From Candidatus Delongbacteria bacterium (GTDB lineage: Bacteria; CAIWAD01): DNA of 64,000 bases. Below the pieces are notes generated by a model. It did no database searches. It was not told where the DNA came from and worked only from the letters and a program-made list of their open reading frames with translations. The stretch's first letter is position 1; each line of letters begins with the position of its first letter. Below, in pieces: positions 48,576-58,693 of the stretch. The position numbers and the translations under genes were made by a program. The stretch covers positions 512,001 to 576,000 of the forward strand of contig OY760505.1 in the NCBI GenBank assembly GCA_963663545.1, given 5' to 3'.

Positions 48576-51356
48576 TCAGCGCACTCCTCTTACTCGACGT
48601 CCCTTGTCACACTCGCCTTGATGCGCAAAAGCGCAGCGTATAAGTTCCAGCTGCTCACTGCGATGGCGGGCGGAAATTCCTGTAGCCGTTGCCGCAGCCT
48701 CAGGCCGGCTGATCAAGCGCAGTGGCCGCAGGGTAAACTGGCGCAGCAGCCAAGTCCACGCCCCCATATTGGCCGGCTCTTCCTGTACCCAGCACCATTC
48801 CGCAGCGTCATAGCGCGCCACCAGCTCGCGCAGGGCAAACAGCGGCAGTGGCGCCACCTGTTCCAGACGTATCACGGCCACATCCTCGCGCTCCAGCTCT
48901 TCGCGCCGCGCAAGCAGCTCGTAGTAGATTTTGCCGGAGCACAGGAGGACGCGTGTCACACGACCTGCATCAACCTGGTTGTCGTCAATGACTTCCTGAA
49001 AACGGGACTCACCGGCCAGATCAGCCAGCGAACTTACACAGCGCGGATGACGCAGCAGACTCTTGGGCGACATCACCACCAAGGGGCGACGGAACTCGCG
49101 CTTGAGTTGCCGTCTGAGCAGATGATAGAAACTGGCGGGTGTGGAGGGCACCGCCACCTGCATGTTCTCTCGCGCACACAATTGCAGCCACCGTTCCAGA
49201 CGCGCGCTGCTGTGCTCGTGACCTTGGCCTTCGTAGCCGTGGGGCAGCAAAACCACCAAGCCGCTGTGCTGATGCCATTTGACTTCGCTGCAACTGATGA
49301 ACTGGTCGAAGATGATCTGCGCTCCGTTGGCGAAATCGCCGAACTGGGCTTCCCAAATCGTCAGGCCTTCGGGTGTCACCGTGGAGTAGCCGAACTCCAA
49401 CCCCAGCACGCCGTATTCCGACAAGGGCGAATTGAGCGTCTGAAAGGGCGCCTGTCCTTCTTCGATGTGACACAAGGGGAACCAGCGGTCCTCGCTGTCT
49501 TCTATGGCCAAACCAGCGTGCCTGTGACTGAAGGTGCCGCGCACGCTGTCCTGACCCGAAAGACGAACCGGATGGCCTTCGCGCAACAGTGTGGCGTAAC
49601 ACAGCCACTCGGCTGTAGCCCAATCCAGGCCTTCGCCCGCGCGCACGGCGTCCAGCCGCCCGGCAATGATCCGGCGCGCCTTGGCCACTAGCGCTTTGTC
49701 TTCCGGCAGATTGAACGCGCGCTCTGCTGTATCACGCAGATAGTCCGCGCTCACTCCCGTTACAGGCGAGGGCTGGGCAAAATCCTCACTGCGACCGGGC
49801 CGGTAGGGGCGCCAGACGCCGCCCAGATAGCTCCGCTCACGGATCATGCGAATCTCGGCGGCCACGGTCAGTTCCTGCTCCATCAGCTCACGGAACTCCG
49901 CTTCGATGGCACGCGCCTCCTCCGCACGAAGACTACCGGCCTGAATCAATTTGGCGCGGTAGACCTCCAGCGGATTCGGGTGCTTGGCAATGGCCTTGTA
50001 AAGCAGCGGCTGGGTGAAGCGCGGCTCGTCGCCCTCGTTATGGCCGTGTTTGCGATAACCCAGGATGTCGATGAAGACATCGCGGTGAAAGCGCTCGCGG
50101 AACTCCAGCGCCACCCCAATGGCCCAAGTCACGGCTTCGACATCGTCGCCGTTAACGTGGAACACGGGCGAGAGTGTCACCTTGGCGATATCGGTGCAGT
50201 AAGTGCTGGAGCGGCCTTCGCGGTAGTTGGTGGTAAAACCCACCTGGTTGTTGAGAATGATGTGAATGGTACCGCCCACACCGTAGCCCTCCAGATCGGA
50301 GAGTTGCAGTACCTCGTAGACAACGCCCTGAGAAGCAACGGCGGCATCACCGTGGATCAGAATGGGCGCAATGCGGCTTGTATCACCGTGATACTCACGC
50401 TGCAGCTTGGCACGCACAATACCGGTAACCACCGGATCCACCGCCTCCAGATGCGAAGGATTAGGGGCCAGTGATACATGGATTTGCTTTCCGTCGCGTG
50501 TCACATGATTGGTCGAATAACCCAGGTGATACTTGGCATCGGTGGTGAAGCCCTCTTCTTCATATTCCACATCGCCGAACTCGGCAAAGATGTCGCGCAG
50601 CGGCTTCTGCAGGATGTTGGCCAGAATGTTCAGACGCCCACGGTGCGGCATGCCAATGACAAACTCCTGCATGCCCATGTTGGAGCCCTGCTGCAGAATG
50701 GCATCCAGCGCGGGCACCACCGTATCGACGCCTTCAATGGAAAAGCGCTTTTGGCCGACGAAGCGCGTGTGTAGCAGCTTCTCCAGTAGCACGGTGCGCG
50801 TAAGGGTACGATAAAGCTGGTGCTGCTCGTCAACGGTAAAGCCACGCCGACTGCGGCAGCTCTCGATGCGCTTCTGCAGCCACTCGACAACCTCAGGCTG
50901 GCGCATATAGCGGTATTCCACGCCCACATTGCCGGTGTAGGTGGCCTGCAAGTGTTCTAGAATTTGTGCCAGTGTAGCACGCCCTAACCCCAGCGCCTTG
51001 CCGGATTCGAAGACCTGCTCCAGATCCTGCTCGCTCAGGCCGAACTGCTCCAGACTCAGGTCCGGGCGAAAACGGCGCGGCGTGCGCACGGGGTTGGTTT
51101 GGCAGAACAAGTGGCCGCGAGTGCGATAGGCGGTAATCAGGCGCATCACGCGGCTTTCACGCTCGTAGCGTAACGTATCCGCGCTGCTTGAGCCCTGCCG
51201 GGGCGCATCCTCGCGGGCGGCAAAATCAAATCCGGCGAAGAAATAACGCCAGCTCTCTTCTACGGATTCTGGATCACGCCGGTACTGTTCATACAGGTCC
51301 TCAAGTACGGCAGGATCCAATTGCTGCAGAAAGTCGTCGGCGTGCCGTGGAATCAT
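48576..51356 (-). CDS. sucA: 2-oxoglutarate dehydrogenase E1
   Basis: KRFSIEG, GMPHRGRLN, NPSHLE, HGDAA, WEAQFGDFANGAQ, HSSARLER. Confidence 0.97.
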   Translation of the reverse strand: MIPRHADDFLQQLDPAVLEDLYEQYRRDPESVEESWRYFFAGFDFAAREDAPRQGSSSADTLRYERESRVMRLITAYRTRGHLFCQTNPVRTPRRFRPDLSLEQFGLSEQDLEQVFESGKALGLGRATLAQILEHLQATYTGNVGVEYRYMRQPEVVEWLQKRIESCRSRRGFTVDEQHQLYRTLTRTVLLEKLLHTRFVGQKRFSIEGVDTVVPALDAILQQGSNMGMQEFVIGMPHRGRLNILANILQKPLRDIFAEFGDVEYEEEGFTTDAKYHLGYSTNHVTRDGKQIHVSLAPNPSHLEAVDPVVTGIVRAKLQREYHGDTSRIAPILIHGDAAVASQGVVYEVLQLSDLEGYGVGGTIHIILNNQVGFTTNYREGRSSTYCTDIAKVTLSPVFHVNGDDVEAVTWAIGVALEFRERFHRDVFIDILGYRKHGHNEGDEPRFTQPLLYKAIAKHPNPLEVYRAKLIQAGSLRAEEARAIEAEFRELMEQELTVAAEIRMIRERSYLGGVWRPYRPGRSEDFAQPSPVTGVSADYLRDTAERAFNLPEDKALVAKARRIIAGRLDAVRAGEGLDWATAEWLCYATLLREGHPVRLSGQDSVRGTFSHRHAGLAIEDSEDRWFPLCHIEEGQAPFQTLNSPLSEYGVLGLEFGYSTVTPEGLTIWEAQFGDFANGAQIIFDQFISCSEVKWHQHSGLVVLLPHGYEGQGHEHSSARLERWLQLCARENMQVAVPSTPASFYHLLRRQLKREFRRPLVVMSPKSLLRHPRCVSSLADLAGESRFQEVIDDNQVDAGRVTRVLLCSGKIYYELLARREELEREDVAVIRLEQVAPLPLFALRELVARYDAAEWCWVQEEPANMGAWTWLLRQFTLRPLRLISRPEAAATATGISARHRSEQLELIRCAFAHQGECDKGRRVRGVR

Positions 51357-51931
51357 GCCTGCGTTCCATCCTGCTCGCCATCCGGCTCCAGCAACCGGCG
51401 ATAAGCGGCCAGGCATTGCTCGTCGTAACACACCAGTGCCACGCGAATGATGCCGGGCTCGTCACGCAATCCGCGGCGCACTTCGGCCAGCGCAATGGCG
51501 GCTGCTTCTTCAACGGGGTAGGCAAAGACTCCGCAGGAAATGCAGGGAAAAGCCAGCGAGCCGATGCCGCCCGCCGAGGCAATGCGAAACACGCTGCGGT
51601 AGCACTTGGCCAGCAATTCGGCCTCGTTCTCCTGACCGCCCTGCCAGACCGGTCCTACCGTATGTATCACATAGGTTGCCGGTAGATCGTGGCCGCGCGT
51701 GATACGCGCCTCGCCCGTGGGACAACCGCCCAGGCGTCGGCATTCGTCCAACAGCGCCGGACCCGCAGCGCGATGAATGGCACCGTCCACGCCACCACCG
51801 CCCAGCAAAGATTCATTGGCGGCGTTGACCACCGCTTCCACATCCATCTGCGTGATGTCGCCCAGCACCAGCTCGATGCGGGCGTCTACGGCACTATAGT
51901 CCTCGCTGCTCTTCGTCTCGTCCAAATCCAT
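51353..51931 (-). CDS. Macrodomain O-acyl-ADP-ribose deacylase (YmdB-like)
   Basis: GDIT, VNAAN, GGGGVDGAIH, IHTVGP, FPCISCG; ATGA overlap with sucA. Confidence 0.92.
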   Translation of the reverse strand: MDLDETKSSEDYSAVDARIELVLGDITQMDVEAVVNAANESLLGGGGVDGAIHRAAGPALLDECRRLGGCPTGEARITRGHDLPATYVIHTVGPVWQGGQENEAELLAKCYRSVFRIASAGGIGSLAFPCISCGVFAYPVEEAAAIALAEVRRGLRDEPGIIRVALVCYDEQCLAAYRRLLEPDGEQDGTQA

Positions 51932-51939
51932 TCGTTCTC

Positions 51940-52299
51940 CTAGCGGGCCAGCATGGGACCCAGGGACTTTCCGCCAAAGAGATGAAAGTGCAGATGCGGC
52001 ACTTCCTGACCCGCATCCTCTGCATGGTTCGCCAGGATGCGATAGCCGGGCTCCGCCAGCCCCAGACTTCGCGCCACCGTTCCCAGGGCACGCATCAGGC
52101 CAGCAATTTCTTCTGCGCTGGCCTTGCTGCTGAAATCGTCCAGCGAGCAATACGGACCTTTGGGAATGACCAGGACATGTACCGGCGCCTGCGGGTTGAT
52201 GTCGTGGAAGGCCAGAGCCCACTCGTCCTCGTACACTTTGTTGCAGGGAATTTCGCCGCGCAGGATGCGGGCAAAGATGTTCTGGTCATCGTAGGTCAT
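51940..52299 (-). CDS. HIT-family nucleotide-binding protein (HinT-like)
   Basis: NIFARILRGEIP, HDINPQAPVH, HLHFH. Confidence 0.93.
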   Translation of the reverse strand: MTYDDQNIFARILRGEIPCNKVYEDEWALAFHDINPQAPVHVLVIPKGPYCSLDDFSSKASAEEIAGLMRALGTVARSLGLAEPGYRILANHAEDAGQEVPHLHFHLFGGKSLGPMLAR

Positions 52300-52389
52300 G
52301 GTGAAACTCCACTTGGACCGAAAGTTTGTCAAGCTACGAAAGTTAGGACCGCCTGTCATCCCCGTACGACAACAAAGCGTGCAAATCGC

Positions 52390-53457
52390 CTACAAGCCCA
52401 GCTTCTTGCTGAGCTGTGCGCAGGTCTCAGCCACCAGCCGATCCAGCTCGTTGCCGAACAACAGGCTGCGTGCCTTGCTGCCGCTGTCGGCCTGGCGTTC
52501 TACTCGGGAACAGACCGAAAGCAGCGTCCGGCCACTTGCGGGCTGCAGCAGACTCAGATTCATCTCCAGAGTGGCCAGGTAGAACAAGCGGTTCACATCG
52601 CGTTCTTCGAGGCAGAGTTGCCCCTGCAGCAATAGTGGGGCACCGGCTGATTCAGAAACTCGCAGCGGCAGAAGATGGCCCAGTTCGCTAGCCAGACGAC
52701 GCTGCAAAGGCGGCACTTGAAGCCCGTTGGCATCGTCGACCATGCTAAGTCTCACACCCAGTTCGATGCCGTTCAGTGCTCGACGAATTTCATCGTCGAT
52801 TCGATCCAGGCGTCCCAGTTGCCCGGGAGTAAAACCGCTGTAGTTCTCTCGCAGGCCGCAGAGGCCGCGACGTCGCAGGAGCAGTTCACCAAAGCGCAGC
52901 CAGCAATCTGCGGGCAAGCTGCCGGGCGACATCTGCTCTTCGAAGCGACGCACCTGCGCTTCCAGCAGCGCCGTGTGCTGATCACGTGAAAACTCAACCT
53001 CACACCAGGCCATATAGTAGTAGCGCAGCCCCTCCGCTTCGTGCAGCTCGTGATGCTCGGTATAGAAAGCATTGGCACGCACGGCGATAACATTGCTGGC
53101 CAGACACTGCAGACGACTGTTGGTGTAGACGTCGGCGGACAGCACTTCGGCGCTGTTGCCCTGTGTCACGAGACTGTCGACCAGGCTGTAGCTCAAACGA
53201 CTCTCGATGGAGTTGATGATGGCACTACGTGCATTGCGCAGCGCCTCGTCGCGTGCGTCCGCCAAACTCGCCTGCGGATGTGATACACCAATGAAAATGC
53301 CGGGGCCGCTTCGCGTTTTTAAACCGCAGTCGCCTTCGCGCTCGCGTACTACATCGCTCCCGAGCGGAATGCTGGTTGAGCAGGCAGAAAGAAGCAACAG
53401 CGCCAAAGACAACAGGCATAGGCAAAGGGGCTTGAAGTGAAAACGACGAGGGTTCAC
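52390..53457 (-). CDS. LPP20-like lipoprotein with an extra C-terminal domain
   Basis: LSA-C lipobox, FIGVS...DARDEALRNA; GTG start with GGAG RBS inferred. Confidence 0.65.
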   Translation of the reverse strand: MNPRRFHFKPLCLCLLSLALLLLSACSTSIPLGSDVVREREGDCGLKTRSGPGIFIGVSHPQASLADARDEALRNARSAIINSIESRLSYSLVDSLVTQGNSAEVLSADVYTNSRLQCLASNVIAVRANAFYTEHHELHEAEGLRYYYMAWCEVEFSRDQHTALLEAQVRRFEEQMSPGSLPADCWLRFGELLLRRRGLCGLRENYSGFTPGQLGRLDRIDDEIRRALNGIELGVRLSMVDDANGLQVPPLQRRLASELGHLLPLRVSESAGAPLLLQGQLCLEERDVNRLFYLATLEMNLSLLQPASGRTLLSVCSRVERQADSGSKARSLLFGNELDRLVAETCAQLSKKLGL

Positions 53458-53614
53458 GCACACTCCACTGATCAGGATTCGAGTTTCTGCGACGAAGAAT
53501 GAGCATAACAAATCGGCCTGCGCCGGACCATTCCTTTGCCGAGAAAGGCGTGACTCCCCTGCACAATTGCTAAGCTCCTACGCGAGGAATCACACATCAT
53601 TTCTGGAGCAGGTA

Positions 53615-55705
53615 GTGAAAGGGCAGATAGTACGGTTTGCACTTGGTGTGTTGTTGCTGGCGTTGTCCCTGCAGGCTGAAATGATCGCCGTCATCGATAA
53701 CACACCGAGGCCTCTGGACGGCGTACGCGATCAGCTGATGGATTACATCGTCGATGCCATTCGCACACGCGCACGTGATTGTTTGAGCACAGACTACAAT
53801 GTGCTGACCCGTGAGACGACACTGGCCATTTTGAGCGACAGCGAAATCGATCCAACCGAGTGCATCGGCAGTTGCACACTTGAGATGGCGCGCGCACTGG
53901 CTGCCGATTACCTGGTAAGTACGCAGTTCATTGTAATCGCCGATCGCATTCATTTGCAGATGATTCTCTTTCGCACTGCTGACGGATTGCTGATGGGCTC
54001 AGAGGAGCTGGTGGCGCAGGACGAGAGCGCCTTGGTGAACCAATTGCCCGAGTACACGGCACGCCTCTATGCTCGTATCGACGTACCCGTCGCCTCGTTC
54101 TCGTCGAAGGAGCGCAACAGCATTGAGCTGACGAGCTCGCCGCCGGGTGCTGCCGTCTACGTGAATCAAGACTACTTCGGCACCACTCCGCTGACTCTGG
54201 AATTGCCTCGCGGTCGGCAGCAGTTCAAGTTCTCGCTGGCGGGTTATCTGGATGCTGAACAACAGCTGCAACTAGTGCGTGATACAAGCCTCTGCGTGGA
54301 TCTACTCTCCGCTTTTGCGACGGTGTCTATTCGATCAACACCCACGGGGCAGCCGGTACTGGTGGATGGCAATGCCCAGGGCGTGACACCGCTACTTGCG
54401 CTGGCGCTTTCGCCGGGTCAGCACCGCATTTCCGTCGGCGAGCAAACGCTGTACTATCCCAACGAGCAGGCGCTGTTCCTGACGCGCGGCGAACACCGCG
54501 AGCTACAGATGGACCCGGTGCTGCGCGCAGGGGCCTGTGAACTGAATGCACATGGCCCCGACGGAGCGTTGAGTGCTACCGTTTACGTGGACGGTCAGGA
54601 GGTGGGACAAACCCCCTTCCGCGGGCAGTTGCCCGTTGGTCGACACGACCTGCGCGTGCTGGGACACAGTGAGCGCGTTCAGGTCAGCGAGGGCAAAGCT
54701 CTGGTTCTCAACTGGGAACTAAGCCACAAGGACGGCGTGGAAGCCTCACTCAACAGTACGCCCTCTGGCGCACGCGTATACTTGGACGACGAATACCTTG
54801 GCCGGACTCCGCTGGAATGCCGGCATTTGCCGGGCACCTACAAATTGCGCCTGCTCGCCGACGATCATGAAGAACTGATCCGTGATCTGCAATGGTACGA
54901 AGGGGGTCGCTACAGCTACAAACTGCAGACCTATATGGCCACGGTAGCCGTCCTCGTCCGCAAAGCCGACAGTTCCTGGCCGGTTCATGTGGATGGACGC
55001 CAGGTGGGGTCCACTCCTTGGGAGGGCGAACTCGGCATCGGCAGACACAGGCTGCGGGTTGGGCGATACGAAAGCTCCATCACGCTGAAAGCCGGGGAAC
55101 GGGAACAATTGACACTTTCGCAGCGGCAGGTGCTTCCCACGCCACCCGTTCGCAGCGGTTGGTACTTCGGCATAGGGTCGCCCGTACCTCAATGGAAGGA
55201 CGAAGGCGCCATTGAGTGGCATCACGATGAGCATGAAGACGAGGAGGATTCCAGCGGCGAGATCAACCGGCTGCTGCTGAACTTCGGCATGCTCTGGCAG
55301 AGCCCGCGCTGGCAGTGGGAATTCGGCTATGTGAACTATCGTATGGACTACGACAGTGCCGCAGACAGTGCGTCCTTCTGCCTGCGTTGGGGCGCCCTCG
55401 ATGCCAGCCTGCACTTCCGTCTGCCTCTGTCCCACAAGGATCCTTTCCGGCGCTTCGGCTGGCAACTCGGATTGGGGGGCGGAGTCATGGAGCCCGTGCA
55501 CAATCAGCTTCGCACGAATGGCGAAAAGGATCACCTGGAAATGAAGGACCCGCTCTACTTCCTGAGCGGCATGCTCGGCTACTACAGCACTGGCGGAATG
55601 AACCTGGAATTCGGCTATCGCAGCTTCAGCCGGGAGTTGAAGAGCGTGCCTGTTTCCAGCTTCAAACCCAATTGTTGGTTTCTGCGCTTGAGCTTCTGTG
55701 ATTGA
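53615..55705 (+). CDS. Exported PEGA-repeat protein with a putative C-terminal outer-membrane beta-barrel
   Basis: Signal peptide, PEGA motifs (SSPPGAAVYVN, STPSGARVYLD), amphipathic beta-rich C-terminus; GTG start inferred. Confidence 0.78.
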   Translation: MKGQIVRFALGVLLLALSLQAEMIAVIDNTPRPLDGVRDQLMDYIVDAIRTRARDCLSTDYNVLTRETTLAILSDSEIDPTECIGSCTLEMARALAADYLVSTQFIVIADRIHLQMILFRTADGLLMGSEELVAQDESALVNQLPEYTARLYARIDVPVASFSSKERNSIELTSSPPGAAVYVNQDYFGTTPLTLELPRGRQQFKFSLAGYLDAEQQLQLVRDTSLCVDLLSAFATVSIRSTPTGQPVLVDGNAQGVTPLLALALSPGQHRISVGEQTLYYPNEQALFLTRGEHRELQMDPVLRAGACELNAHGPDGALSATVYVDGQEVGQTPFRGQLPVGRHDLRVLGHSERVQVSEGKALVLNWELSHKDGVEASLNSTPSGARVYLDDEYLGRTPLECRHLPGTYKLRLLADDHEELIRDLQWYEGGRYSYKLQTYMATVAVLVRKADSSWPVHVDGRQVGSTPWEGELGIGRHRLRVGRYESSITLKAGEREQLTLSQRQVLPTPPVRSGWYFGIGSPVPQWKDEGAIEWHHDEHEDEEDSSGEINRLLLNFGMLWQSPRWQWEFGYVNYRMDYDSAADSASFCLRWGALDASLHFRLPLSHKDPFRRFGWQLGLGGGVMEPVHNQLRTNGEKDHLEMKDPLYFLSGMLGYYSTGGMNLEFGYRSFSRELKSVPVSSFKPNCWFLRLSFCD

Positions 55706-55938
55706 GTAGAAAAGCCGACTCGATGCAGATGACGGAAAAGCCGCGGCACAAGCCAGTATCGCTTACCGCTGCTACCTTCCGGTCCTGACGGGGTTGGGCA
55801 ACCTGTCATTGCGCGGTCCCCATCATCTGCACAGAGTCGGCAGGCCCCAATTGTAGCAAAGCTCTGCCGGACTTACCACCTGCCACAGCAGGACAGACCT
55901 GAAGTGCTATCTTTGAGCAAGTGTGTCACGAGGACCGC

Positions 55939-56805
55939 ATGAGACAATCTCCCCTCAAACTATCTCTACCCCGGCTGTTCGTGTGGAGTCTGCTGGCGCT
56001 GCTCTGCCTTTCCTGTGTTGAATCACAGCTCCTGCGCGAAGCCGTCAAACAGAGCCTACGCGAACAACCGCGCTCTACGCCACAACAGCGCGCCCATCAA
56101 CAAGCTGAGGATCCCGAAGTCGCGATGCTGGACAGTATGCTGCGTCTGGTGACACAGGACGTTGGCATCGACCCTGACGAGGGATCGGTGCAGAAGGCCA
56201 TCTGGCGCATTCGTATCATGAAATTCAATCTGCGCGCGGCCCGGCAATCCCTGGAAAACGCGCGCAATGAGATTTTCGACCTGGCAGCAAGCACCGAAGA
56301 AAAGCGTGCCTTGAAGGAGCTGGATGAGCGTATCGAAGCCAGCGAGGGGCAGGAGCGCGAAGAACTGGTGGCTGAACGCGTTCGCGTGCAGGACGAAAGC
56401 ATCGAGCGCGCCCGCGCGGATGGCGAATTGGAACGCAAGAAACTCACCGGTGAGCAAGCCAAGAGCTTCGGGTTGCTCTTGTACAACCTGGGCGTCGGCG
56501 TCATCTGCGACAACCTTGTGATACGCCACGGTGGGCACGTCAGCAAGGATTTCTATCGCGTGAAGAACGACCTCTTCGACGCTGGCGGTGTCGCGGGTAT
56601 GCTCGCCTGGGGCAGCGTGCTGGAGTACCACACTGAGTTCATCGCTGTCCCCACGGACATGATCCAGATCTTGCAGGAAGTGCCGTTGCAGTTGCAGGCA
56701 CTGCTGCACATGATCGACACAATCCGCATTCTGAAGAAGAACAACGAGATCGAGGAGCGCGAACCCGAACTCGGCAAGAGCTACGAATCGGAAGAAGACT
56801 TCTAA
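55939..56805 (+). CDS. Helical lipoprotein of unknown function
   Basis: CLS-C lipobox, charged coiled-coil-like segment; RBS GAGGA. Confidence 0.65.
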   Translation: MRQSPLKLSLPRLFVWSLLALLCLSCVESQLLREAVKQSLREQPRSTPQQRAHQQAEDPEVAMLDSMLRLVTQDVGIDPDEGSVQKAIWRIRIMKFNLRAARQSLENARNEIFDLAASTEEKRALKELDERIEASEGQEREELVAERVRVQDESIERARADGELERKKLTGEQAKSFGLLLYNLGVGVICDNLVIRHGGHVSKDFYRVKNDLFDAGGVAGMLAWGSVLEYHTEFIAVPTDMIQILQEVPLQLQALLHMIDTIRILKKNNEIEEREPELGKSYESEEDF

Positions 56806-56828
56806 GTCCGCTTCCACTCAAGGAGAGC

Positions 56829-56858
56829 AAAAAGGCCCGTCGTAACACGGGCCTATTA
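56829..56858. terminator. Bidirectional terminator between convergent genes
   Basis: AGGCCCGT-CGTAAC-ACGGGCCT with A/T-rich flanks. Confidence 0.65.
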
Positions 56859-56876
56859 ATTCTCAACCAGCGTGAC

Positions 56877-58418
56877 TCAGTGAAGACCGACAATGCGATA
56901 AAAGCCGATCACAGCCGTGCCGGGATTGACGTTGAGGCTCAGCGAAGGTGTAATGGTCACCGGTGTCCAGGGGCCATCGTAGGTGTCGGCGTGATCCAGA
57001 CGATAGACCACAGCGTCGTCGATGGCATCCCAGCTGAAATAGAGCAAAGTACCGTCGGTTGTAACACGCAGATCGGTGGAAGGCTCGGGCGGCTGAACGG
57101 TGCCCAACTGCGCGCCCAGTACAATCTGCTCGCTACCAGCGCTGGTGTACACTGTCAAAACGGCTGCTGGCGTTTCACCGCAATCTTCAAGCGGAGTCAC
57201 GGTGGGACTGACACTCTGGCCAGCCGTGATACTGGTGGGCATACCGGTAAGAGTGAAGCAGGACGGTGATACATTCCAGCTGGTGATACTCAGTGTCGCT
57301 GTTCCCGGATTAGCCAGCACCAAACCGTCGTAGGCCGTGCCCGCGCTGCAGGATCCCAGCAACAGCGAATCATCGGGCCAAAGCGAGAACTCTGCCGAGG
57401 TAGCGAAATCGGCACTTCCTGTGAAAGAGGCAATGCGATCCAGCAAACCCGGTTGTGCCACAAAGGGATTCAGATTGTGCTGGTAGGAGTTGATCTCGAC
57501 GTTGCGGTTGATTTCCCACGTGTCGGGTGGATCCAGCGTGTGCCAGCCGCGTAACACGGTTTCCTGATTGGCCAGATTCAGGAAGCTCTCGCGATTCCCC
57601 CAGCGCAGCGCAAAATAGAAGACCGCGCGCGCGCAGTCGCCCTTGTGCTGCAGGCGGGGCTCGAAGACCAGCACGCCCGAGGAGTTTGTCCCACGGTCGG
57701 CGCCACTCTGGGGATATCCGCTGCTGGAGACCACCACTTCTCCAAAGGGCAGGTTGCCGCGACTTGTGTTGATGGTGGACTTGCTGGGAAAGAGGTGATG
57801 CAAATCGCTGCGGGCATCACCCTCGGCTCCATAACTCTGCGGCCAGGTGTGCTCCGTATTCATCACCGTGTGGTCGGGAATTCCGCTGGTTTGCAGCATG
57901 AAGCCGGTGTAAACGCCTTCTACCCAACCATTGACGTTGTCAATGTCGCCAAACATGGCCGCGCGCGCGTTGTCGTAGCCAATGACGCTCTCGTCATCAA
58001 TCAGGTTCAGCAGTTGCGCTTTGAGGGCGCTGCCCCACAGGTTGTAGGTGCTGTCCCAGGTGGTTCCGGTATAATCGCCCGAACCAGTCCAGGGAATGCC
58101 AGCTGCACCGGCACTGCCCCCAGCCACCAGCATACCGGAATACGCCAGGTTGTGCTCCGGCGAGAAACTCACCGTAACACTGGCGCTGCCGCCAGCGGCC
58201 AGAGTCAGCGTACTCGGGCTGACACTCAACTCACCCGCGCTATCCTCGATGAACTCGAGCACCAAAGGCTCATCACCTGGATTGCTCAGGGTGATACTGC
58301 GCTGCGAGCTAGCACCGGTTGTCACCGTGCCGAAGCTGATGCTGGATTGACCGAACTGCGGCGGTGCCGCCTGCAGTACCGCGGCCAGCGAAAGAAAGAA
58401 CAGAATGGACTTTTTCAT
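56877..58418 (-). CDS. Secreted endonuclease I-family nuclease with Ig-like domains
   Basis: NTEHTWPQS, DLHHLFP, RGNLPFG, KGDCARAVFYF, NPF. Confidence 0.88.
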   Translation of the reverse strand: MKKSILFFLSLAAVLQAAPPQFGQSSISFGTVTTGASSQRSITLSNPGDEPLVLEFIEDSAGELSVSPSTLTLAAGGSASVTVSFSPEHNLAYSGMLVAGGSAGAAGIPWTGSGDYTGTTWDSTYNLWGSALKAQLLNLIDDESVIGYDNARAAMFGDIDNVNGWVEGVYTGFMLQTSGIPDHTVMNTEHTWPQSYGAEGDARSDLHHLFPSKSTINTSRGNLPFGEVVVSSSGYPQSGADRGTNSSGVLVFEPRLQHKGDCARAVFYFALRWGNRESFLNLANQETVLRGWHTLDPPDTWEINRNVEINSYQHNLNPFVAQPGLLDRIASFTGSADFATSAEFSLWPDDSLLLGSCSAGTAYDGLVLANPGTATLSITSWNVSPSCFTLTGMPTSITAGQSVSPTVTPLEDCGETPAAVLTVYTSAGSEQIVLGAQLGTVQPPEPSTDLRVTTDGTLLYFSWDAIDDAVVYRLDHADTYDGPWTPVTITPSLSLNVNPGTAVIGFYRIVGLH

Positions 58419-58693
58419 AGTTGGGCTTCCAAAGCTAATCTGGGCGCACAAACACGGATATTAATATGGAAAGCGCAAGTTGTCGGACGAATACTTTCGC
58501 GTGAGAATTTCATGCAGGTTACGCTGACGACAAAGCTTGTTTCCGTGTTCTAGAGAATTTCCCTGCACCGCATCTGCGCGAAAGCACAGCCGAAATTGTG
58601 AGTGCTACAAGCTCTTTGGTTCACATCCAGTACGCAACAAAGCCCCGCTCGCGCGGGGCCTTGAAGTGTCACTGAAAACAAGTCCACTCGCTG

